Part shown: in pieces, positions 47,397 to 53,542 of the stretch | Position numbering within the stretch: the first letter of the stretch is position 1 | Layout of the letters: every line of letters starts with the position of its first letter | Position numbers and translations under genes: made by a program | Source: a virus | Taxonomy: Duplodnaviria; Caudoviricetes | Direction: 5' to 3' (one strand) | IMG/VR virus record: IMGVR_UViG_3300010354_000121 | Coordinates: 1-53,542 of that record | DNA: 53,542 nt | Notes under the pieces: generated by a model | Told to the model about the DNA's origin: nothing | The model's database searches: none | The model's input: the letters and a program-made list of their open reading frames with translations, nothing else

Positions 47397-47423
47397 ATAC
47401 TTAATAGTTTTAGTAATTTAAAA

Positions 47424-48116
47424 ATGAATTCACAAATTCTTTCCCAATTAAACGAGGCCTATCGCCACGGTGTTTATGCCGAAGAAACCCTTTCTGAGGC
47501 GGAACTAGCAGGCATCAATCAGTGGGTAAGTCAATTGATCTCCGAGGGTTACGATCTTGATCAATATTCAGACGAAGAACTTTATGAGGCTTATCTAGAA
47601 TATCTTGACGAGGCACTAACTGGCCCAAGGAAAGAATATGCTCTTAAAAGAGCTGAAGAATTAAGGGACAGATCGCGTCAGGTAGGAGACATAGCCAAAC
47701 GTCGTCGTGGTGGTAGACACGCTATTAGTGATAAAATGGATAAAAGGGCTGCTGCTCTAGTAAGACTGGCTACTAGAGAAGTCGATGGAGGAACGAAAGA
47801 AAAAGGATCATGGGAAACTCTTCCTAGAAAAAGGGGTGGATCTGGAATCAAAGGTGACCCAAAAGATATGGATTTTGGTGTGGATCATTCTCGTTCACAA
47901 AAATCAGATAAAGATCTAATTAAATCTAAGCTCCGTAAGCGGGCATTAAGAAAAATCAATAGAGGGATGACTGAAGAATTAGACCTTTACGATATTATTT
48001 CTGAATACCTAGTAACAGAAAGTTTCTGTGATTCTTATGAAGACGCTGATGTGATTATGGCCAACATGTCAGAAGAGTGGCGCGAAAGCATTTTAGAGGA
48101 GACTAAAAAAAAGTAA
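47424..48116 (+). CDS. Hypothetical late protein, candidate internal head protein
   Basis: CTAAATA at 47393-47399; acidic N- and C-terminal segments around a basic core. Confidence 0.55.
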   Translation: MNSQILSQLNEAYRHGVYAEETLSEAELAGINQWVSQLISEGYDLDQYSDEELYEAYLEYLDEALTGPRKEYALKRAEELRDRSRQVGDIAKRRRGGRHAISDKMDKRAAALVRLATREVDGGTKEKGSWETLPRKRGGSGIKGDPKDMDFGVDHSRSQKSDKDLIKSKLRKRALRKINRGMTEELDLYDIISEYLVTESFCDSYEDADVIMANMSEEWRESILEETKKK

Positions 48117-48224
48117 TAAGGGCCGTAGTCAAAATTTTAAAAAAGAGTACAAAAACAAAACCAGCAAAAGCAATAACAACTTTTGTGAAAAACACGGCCC
48201 TTGGTGCCCTAATCCCCTGACCCC

Positions 48225-48253
48225 TTGACAAAAACCCAAAAACGTGTTAGAAT
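48225..48253 (+). promoter_or_regulatory. Sigma70-type promoter for the clamp / clamp-loader operon
   Basis: TTGACA-17 nt-TAGAAT with extended -10 TG. Confidence 0.75.
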
Positions 48254-48254
48254 T

Positions 48255-48291
48255 CCGGTCTCTCCCCAATAGGAGAACCGGTTTTCTTTTT
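48255..48291 (+). terminator. Terminator-like hairpin
   Basis: CCGGT(C)TCTCC-loop-GGAGAACCGG followed by TTTTCTTTT. Confidence 0.6.
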
Positions 48292-48304
48292 AACAAACAA
48301 TATT

Positions 48305-48607
48305 ATGGAATCAAATCATTTTTGGAAATTTAATGAGGGGGAAATCCTTAAAGAAGTAGAGAGTTATCTTATTTCTACCTATAAGGGCCATTACACATCA
48401 GACGAAAGTAAGGTCCAGACAATTGATCTTATCGAATCAATTGGCGATGCCGAACCTTTTTGTAGGAGCAATGCAATTAAATATCTCTCTCGCTTCCGTA
48501 AAAAGGAGCAATCAACCCCAAAGGCAGATCTACTGAAAGCAATTCATTATTGTATTCTTCTTTATCATTTTTCTGGCTCTGATGCCAAGAACAATTACAC
48601 TCTTTGA
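48305..48607 (+). CDS. DUF3310-like protein
   Basis: HY...QTIDLI...FCRSNAIKYLSR...DLLKAIHY pattern. Confidence 0.7.
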   Translation: MESNHFWKFNEGEILKEVESYLISTYKGHYTSDESKVQTIDLIESIGDAEPFCRSNAIKYLSRFRKKEQSTPKADLLKAIHYCILLYHFSGSDAKNNYTL

Positions 48608-48612
48608 ACATT

Positions 48613-49287
48613 ATGGAACTATCTGCCGAAACACTCGCAATCCTAAAAAACTTTTCTAACATCAACCAATCAATCCTGGTTAGTCCTGGAAATTCTCTCA
48701 GGACCATAAAGGTATCCAGGAACGTCCTGGCCGAGGCTACTATTTCAGAAAAGTTTGAGTCTGGATTTGCCATTTATAATCTCAATCAATTCCTTAACAG
48801 CATCAATCTTTTAGGAAATCCTGATCTTGATTTCTCTAACGAAAAGTACATGGTCCTAAAAGAAGGCAAGCGTAAGATCAAGTATTTTTACGCTGATGCC
48901 TCGGTTATTGTGTCGCCCCCTGATAAAAAGATGAGTCTTCCATCTCAGGACGTTTGTTTTGTATTGGACCAGACTTCTCTTGATAAAATTATCAAGGCCA
49001 AACAAATCTTTTGTCTGGACGATCTTTCTGTTGTTGGTGATGGTGAAAAAATTGAGCTAATTGTTCAGGACAAAAAGAACGATACCTCAAACGAGTATTC
49101 AATTGAAGTTGGAACCACAACCGAAAAGTTCTGCATGAACTTTAAGATTGAAAATCTCCAGTTCTTCCCTGGCAGTTATGAGGTTGTTCTGTCTAAAAAG
49201 AACATTGCCAAATTTTCCCATCAAAAAATGTCCCTGGTTTATTGGGTCGCAATGGAACCTGATTCAAAATTTGAAAACAATGAATGA
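48613..49287 (+). CDS. gp45: Sliding clamp gp45
   Basis: ILKNFSNINQSIL, FAIYNLNQFL, YWVAMEPDS; ATG at 48613 preferred to TTG at 48604. Confidence 0.93.
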   Translation: MELSAETLAILKNFSNINQSILVSPGNSLRTIKVSRNVLAEATISEKFESGFAIYNLNQFLNSINLLGNPDLDFSNEKYMVLKEGKRKIKYFYADASVIVSPPDKKMSLPSQDVCFVLDQTSLDKIIKAKQIFCLDDLSVVGDGEKIELIVQDKKNDTSNEYSIEVGTTTEKFCMNFKIENLQFFPGSYEVVLSKKNIAKFSHQKMSLVYWVAMEPDSKFENNE

Positions 49288-50212
49288 TTTTCTTTTTGTA
49301 GAAAAATACGCATCTAAAAATGTATCTGAATGTATCCTCCCAAAGGACATAAAAAAGGTCTTCCTTGAAATTGAAGAATCAGGAAATGTCCCGAACATGA
49401 TTCTCTCTGGCCCTCCTGGGGTTGGGAAAACAAATCTGGTCAAGGCCCTGGCCAAGAGTCTGGATCGGGACTTTATGAAAATAAATGGATCTGATGAGAG
49501 GTCCATTGATGTTATTCGCAATAAGGTGAAGGAATATGCCTCGACAGTATCTCTTTCTTCTACCGGAAAGAAAATCCTTCTTATTGACGAGGGAGATAAT
49601 TTAACAAACGATGCCCAACTGGCCCTAAGAGCGGCCATTGAGGAATTACAACATAACTGTTCTTTTATCTTTACTTGTAATTATAAAAACCGAATTGACC
49701 CGGCCCTTCATTCAAGATGTCCGGTGATTGATTTTACAATTCCTTCTAAGGAAAGGCCCTTACTTGCAAAGCAGTTTAACGATCGAATCATTTACATCCT
49801 AGAACAAGAAAGAATTCAATGTGAAGACGATAAGATCATTACTAAACTCTTGATCAAGTACTTCCCTGATTTCAGGAGAATTTTAAACGTCCTGCAAAAG
49901 TATTCTAATTCGGGAGTAATTGATTCTTCTATCCTGGCCCAGGCTGCCGACATAAAAATTTCGGCCCTTTATGATCATTTAAAGCAAAAGAACTTTACAG
50001 AGGTCAGAAAGTGGGTTATTAATAATCTGGACAACGACCCGAATGTAATCCTAAGAAAGTTTTATGATGGCCTAGAACAGGTCATGGTAAAGCATTCTAT
50101 TCCTCAGGCCATTTTGATTATTCATGATCACATGAGCAAGAACGTTGTCGATAATGAGGTTAATTTAATTGCATGTTTTATTAAAATTATGGTTGAATGT
50201 GAATGGAATTAA
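49280..50212 (+). CDS. gp44: Clamp loader large subunit gp44
   Basis: FLFVEKY, Walker A GPPGVGKT, IDEGD, HSRC; true start most likely the ATG at 49280. Confidence 0.93.
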   Translation: MNDFLFVEKYASKNVSECILPKDIKKVFLEIEESGNVPNMILSGPPGVGKTNLVKALAKSLDRDFMKINGSDERSIDVIRNKVKEYASTVSLSSTGKKILLIDEGDNLTNDAQLALRAAIEELQHNCSFIFTCNYKNRIDPALHSRCPVIDFTIPSKERPLLAKQFNDRIIYILEQERIQCEDDKIITKLLIKYFPDFRRILNVLQKYSNSGVIDSSILAQAADIKISALYDHLKQKNFTEVRKWVINNLDNDPNVILRKFYDGLEQVMVKHSIPQAILIIHDHMSKNVVDNEVNLIACFIKIMVECEWN

Positions 50213-50577
50213 AGGACTGGCTGGATTCAATTTATTTTTCTAAGAAAGACGTTTTGAAGGATATTGATAATCCAAATCAATATCCTGCTTTTGTTATTAA
50301 TAGAATTCTTTCTGGTAATATTGATACTGTTCTTTTTGCAAGTGAACTGAATGAAAGATTCACCATGGACAAAGACATGCAGTACAAGTTTCTTCTTTAT
50401 GGGGTTCCAAAGAGAAAAAGATTTTCTAATTATTTAAAGAAGAACACCTTAGATAATCTTGATATTGTTAAGCGGTATTATGGGTATAATAATGAAAAGG
50501 CAATTGAGGTATTGAAATTATTATCTAAAGAACAGATTGATTACATTAAAGAAAAGTTGAACTTTGGTGGAGTATAA
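50203..50577 (+). CDS. gp62: Clamp loader small subunit gp62
   Basis: MELKDWLDSI, YPAFVINR, VKRYYGYNNEKA. Confidence 0.9.
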   Translation: MELKDWLDSIYFSKKDVLKDIDNPNQYPAFVINRILSGNIDTVLFASELNERFTMDKDMQYKFLLYGVPKRKRFSNYLKKNTLDNLDIVKRYYGYNNEKAIEVLKLLSKEQIDYIKEKLNFGGV

Positions 50578-50609
50578 ATAATACATAATTCATTATCTTT
50601 GAGGAATTT

Positions 50610-51071
50610 ATGGCTAATTATGAATTGAATGGCCAATACATTAAATGGTCCCCGGATCTTATGGTAGAAGTAGAGCTGGAAACCCCAGACTCTTTTCTTC
50701 TTGCAAAAGAGACATTAACCCGCATGGGTGTTGCATCCAAATATAAAAAGGAATTATACCAAACTGCCCACGTACTTTATCGCGGAAATAAATACTATTT
50801 GGTGCATTTTAAATTTATGTTTGTTCTTGATAATCGTAGTGCAACAATTACGGTTAATGATCTAGAGAGGCTTCATGCTATTGCTCACTTACTCGATCAG
50901 TGGGGAATTGTAAAAGTCAAAAATCCGGCCCAAATAGAGGATCGGGCTCCACTAAACCAAATCAAGATTCTTCCGTTCAAAGAGAAACAATCTTGGAATC
51001 TTGTAGAAAAATATAGTATAGGGAATACAAAGAAAAAGAACGACACTACTGATTCTTTGATAACTAAATAA
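50610..51071 (+). CDS. regA: Translational repressor RegA
   Basis: ETLTRMGVAS, LYQTAHVL, YYLVHFK; TATAAATA at 50573-50580. Confidence 0.88.
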   Translation: MANYELNGQYIKWSPDLMVEVELETPDSFLLAKETLTRMGVASKYKKELYQTAHVLYRGNKYYLVHFKFMFVLDNRSATITVNDLERLHAIAHLLDQWGIVKVKNPAQIEDRAPLNQIKILPFKEKQSWNLVEKYSIGNTKKKNDTTDSLITK

Positions 51072-51074
51072 CTA

Positions 51075-51140
51075 CGTCTTTAGGTACGGCAATACTCTAC
51101 AGACAAAGATTAGGTGGCCTTTGGGTCACCTTTTCTTTTA
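51075..51140 (+). ncRNA. Putative small antisense RNA, copy 2 (upstream of HNH endonuclease)
   Basis: CTAAATA at 51064-51070; GTCT...CTCTACAGAC body; terminator at 51112-51140; 51077-51094 is complementary to 51165-51182. Ends are approximate. Confidence 0.6.
51112..51140 (+). terminator. Intrinsic terminator
   Basis: AGGTGGCC-TTTG-GGTCACCT followed by TTTCTTTT. Confidence 0.75.
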
Positions 51141-51188
51141 TAAAATATTATTTTAACTAAATAATATTGCCGTACTTAAAGAATAAAG

Positions 51189-52115
51189 ATGTGTAGACTA
51201 AACGAACGCACCCATAAGCATCATATCATTCCAAGATACATGGGTGGAAGCAATGAGCCAAAAAATCTTGTTAAAGTAACAGTAACTCAACATGCCATGT
51301 TCCACTTCTGTAATTACCAATTATGGGGTAATGAAGAAGATAGAATAGCATGGAGAGCTTTATCTGGTCAGATAACCATGGATGAGATCAAATTAGAAGC
51401 CCAGTCTTTAAATGGCAAAAGAAATAGCCAAAAACAGAAAGAGAATGGAACTGGAATTTTTGGACTAACATTAGAGCAAAGAATTGAAGCTGGCAAAAAA
51501 GGAGGACAAATACATAAAGAAAATGGAACTGGAATTTGTGGACTAACTTATGAACAGAGAAGGGAAATAGGTAAAAGAACAAACCAAAAATGTAAAAAAA
51601 ATGGTACCGCATTTTATGGTATGAGTCCAGAAAAAAGATCGGAAAATGGTAAAAAGGGGGCCGAAGTAAATAGACAAAATGGAACTGGGATTTTCGGACT
51701 GACGCCAGAACAAAAAATAGAACGTAGTAGAAAGTCGGGTCAAAAAACATATGAAGACGGTATTGGAATTCACGGAATGGATCTAGAAGAAAGAGTTGAA
51801 GTCTGCAAAAAAGGAGGAAAAAAAGGCGGAAAAATAGTCTCTTCCCAAAAATGGCAATGCACAGTAACTGGACATGTTTCTAATGCAGGAGGACTTTCTA
51901 GATTTCAAAAAGCTAAGGGGATCGACACATCGAATAGAATAAAAATAGATGGACCTAGAAGTTGGGAAATTACTTTTGAAGATGGTAGAGTTGTTGTTAC
52001 TAATTGTTTATCTACTTGGGCCAAAGAAAACGGCTATAAGTATGTTAATATCCATAGTGTACGGATAGGAAACTCTTCAAATTACCAGGGAATCGTAAAA
52101 GTAGTTCCATTCTAA
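51189..52115 (+). CDS. HNH homing endonuclease with five 26-aa tandem repeats
   Basis: HKHHIIPRYMGGSNEPKNLV...QHAMFH N-terminal HNH motif; NGTGIFGLTxEQR repeats; CTAAATA at 51157-51163. Confidence 0.8.
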   Translation: MCRLNERTHKHHIIPRYMGGSNEPKNLVKVTVTQHAMFHFCNYQLWGNEEDRIAWRALSGQITMDEIKLEAQSLNGKRNSQKQKENGTGIFGLTLEQRIEAGKKGGQIHKENGTGICGLTYEQRREIGKRTNQKCKKNGTAFYGMSPEKRSENGKKGAEVNRQNGTGIFGLTPEQKIERSRKSGQKTYEDGIGIHGMDLEERVEVCKKGGKKGGKIVSSQKWQCTVTGHVSNAGGLSRFQKAKGIDTSNRIKIDGPRSWEITFEDGRVVVTNCLSTWAKENGYKYVNIHSVRIGNSSNYQGIVKVVPF

Positions 52116-52261
52116 TTATCGAATAAATAGCCACCGAGGAAGTTCGGTCATCCACACCATAATCACTTGACTTTTCAGGGAATCCATGATTAAATAATAC
52201 TGAGGAAATTGCCTAAGGGGATTTCTTCAGTAAACCTCTCGCTTTTAAAGGAGACATTAAA

Positions 52262-52687
52262 ATGACACTAGCAAAATACAACTCAACTTCACTGTCTAAA
52301 TTTCTTGATGACTTAGACAGGTCTAGCATCGGGCTTTATGACTGGCTCGATAGGGTAACATATCTGGACACCCAGTCCAATTACCCCCCATATAATCTAA
52401 TAAAAGAAAGTGACACAAGATTTAAACTAGAACTGGCGGTTGCTGGTTTTAAACGTTCGGAACTTTCTGTGTACACTGAGAATAATCAACTCATTATCCA
52501 ATCAAATCGGGCCGATAAAGAGGAATATAAATACGTTCATCGCTTTCTTTCCCAGAGAAACTTTAAGAGAGTTTGGCCCATTTCTGATGACATTAGAGTT
52601 GATAATGTAGATCTTGTTGATGGTATTTTAACCGTTCATCTTGATCGGATTGTTCCAGATCATCAGAAGAAGAAAGTTTATTTCTAA
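52262..52687 (+). CDS. hsp20: Small heat shock protein Hsp20
   Basis: NYPPYNLIK, LELAVAGF, DGILTVHL alpha-crystallin motifs; between regA and gp43. Confidence 0.92.
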   Translation: MTLAKYNSTSLSKFLDDLDRSSIGLYDWLDRVTYLDTQSNYPPYNLIKESDTRFKLELAVAGFKRSELSVYTENNQLIIQSNRADKEEYKYVHRFLSQRNFKRVWPISDDIRVDNVDLVDGILTVHLDRIVPDHQKKKVYF

Positions 52688-52734
52688 TAAATACTTCTGG
52701 CTACCACCCAAGTAAAGTTGGCGCAACCACCCCC

Positions 52735-52764
52735 TTGACAAATCCCAAGGGGACGTGCTAAAAT
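52735..52764 (+). promoter_or_regulatory. Sigma70-type promoter for the DNA polymerase operon
   Basis: TTGACA-18 nt-TAAAAT with extended -10 TG. Confidence 0.65.
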
Positions 52765-52792
52765 AAGAGGGTCGTTCAAAGACCCTCTTTTT
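52765..52792 (+). terminator. Terminator-like hairpin
   Basis: AAGAGGGTC-GTTCAAA-GACCCTCTT followed by TTT. Confidence 0.65.
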
Positions 52793-52793
52793 C

Positions 52794-53045
52794 ATGGAAA
52801 TTAAAATTATACTGTTCCCAAATAATCTCATTCTTATCGCCCAGATCGAAGAAGTCGTTCCTGAAGAGATTGGAGATCCCACATGTAAGATTATAGAACC
52901 TTTTGTAATAGACAAAGACTTTTTAACTCCTTGGCTACTCGATATAACGACCCAAAATTCGTTTATGATGCACCCGGATAAATTCCTAACCATTGCCGAA
53001 CCAAATGTTAATCTGCTTGCAAAATATAAAGAGCTAATTAAGTAG
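52794..53045 (+). CDS. Conserved hypothetical protein upstream of DNA polymerase
   Basis: 83 aa, IGDPTCKIIEPF motif; abuts the gp43 start. Confidence 0.7.
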   Translation: MEIKIILFPNNLILIAQIEEVVPEEIGDPTCKIIEPFVIDKDFLTPWLLDITTQNSFMMHPDKFLTIAEPNVNLLAKYKELIK

Positions 53046-53542
53046 ATGTTTTATACCTCTGTCAAACAAATCGGAAATAGTGTTTATGAAAGGGGTTATG
53101 ACGACTCGGGTGTTCCTTTTCATAGAAAATTAGACTACAGACCCACTTTCTACATTACATCAAATAAACCCTCAGAATGGAAAACCCTAGACAATAAAAA
53201 CGTTTCCCCAATAAATCCAGGATCTATTAAAGAATGCAGGGAATGGCTGACCCAATACAAGGATGTTGATAACATCTCGATTTATGGACATGAGACGGCC
53301 ATTTATCAGTATCTGGCAGAATATTATCCAGACGAGATTGAAGATTTTAATATCAATAAAATCAGGCTTTATACACTTGATATTGAAACCGCCGCCGAAC
53401 TTGGAGGATTCCCTGAACCAGATATTGCCCAAGAAGAAATTCTTCTGATTACTATTCAAGATTATTCTACCAAAAAAATCTATACCTGGGGAAGTCGGCC
53501 TTTTTCTGAGGTAATGGATAATTATGTTTATCAAGAATGTGC
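53046..53542 (+). CDS. gp43: DNA polymerase gp43, N-terminal part (3'-truncated by the window)
   Basis: Hand translation MFYTSVKQIGNSVYERGY...YRPTFY...LYTLDIETAAELGGFPEP (ExoI DIE motif); frame open to the window end. Confidence 0.9.
   Translation, partial: MFYTSVKQIGNSVYERGYDDSGVPFHRKLDYRPTFYITSNKPSEWKTLDNKNVSPINPGSIKECREWLTQYKDVDNISIYGHETAIYQYLAEYYPDEIEDFNINKIRLYTLDIETAAELGGFPEPDIAQEEILLITIQDYSTKKIYTWGSRPFSEVMDNYVYQEC

Noticed and set aside
49148-49279. N-terminal extension of gp44 in the ORF track
   Set aside because: It overlaps gp45 in another frame; gp44 similarity begins at the ATG at 49280.
21536-51191. CRISPR-like array interpretation of the CTCTACAGAC elements
   Set aside because: Only two isolated copies about 30 kb apart, no tandem repeat-spacer structure and no cas genes.
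1842-53534. Many short alternative-frame and antisense ORFs in the track (for example 9030-9350, 31679-32230, 34722-34985, 53187-53534, 53263-53448)
   Set aside because: They lie inside well-supported genes, have no recognisable motifs and look like shadow frames; the last two overlap the gp43 frame.
1-53542. tRNA, rRNA or group I intron
   Set aside because: No cloverleaf, rRNA-like sequence or intron-interrupted gene was seen by eye; a covariance search would be needed to exclude them fully.

Overview
This window is a 53.5 kb piece of an AT-rich T4-like myovirus, most likely a cyanophage (Kyanoviridae-type gene order and products; the host is inferred, not shown). The left two-thirds is the late virion module: baseplate wedge proteins, gp8, a 2573-aa VrlC/DUF4815-type protein, neck gp13/gp14, gp15, terminase gp16/gp17, sheath gp18, tube gp19, portal gp20, a decoration-gene insert, gp21, gp22 and capsid gp23. 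Two minus-strand homing-endonuclease-like genes follow, then gp3, uvsY, uvsW, gp55, gp47/46, gp45/44/62, regA, an HNH endonuclease, hsp20 and the start of DNA polymerase gp43. Main observations: (1) two homologous non-coding cassettes (late promoter, short RNA with a variable antisense segment and fixed CTCTACAGAC motif, terminator, second late promoter, complementary target, ATG) precede terminase and the HNH nuclease, and guide and target co-vary between the copies; (2) a ~345-aa module plus an ATGA stop/start junction and an MSNISFSS N-terminus occurs twice, splitting both the baseplate protein and gp14; (3) gp17 carries a class-3-type mini-intein with an atypical Met-Asn end; (4) GGCC is strongly over-represented; (5) a GC-rich mosaic island, a repeat-array HNH protein, and candidate origin and RNA thermometer elements. 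Gene calls rest on motif recognition and synteny; no database searches were run.
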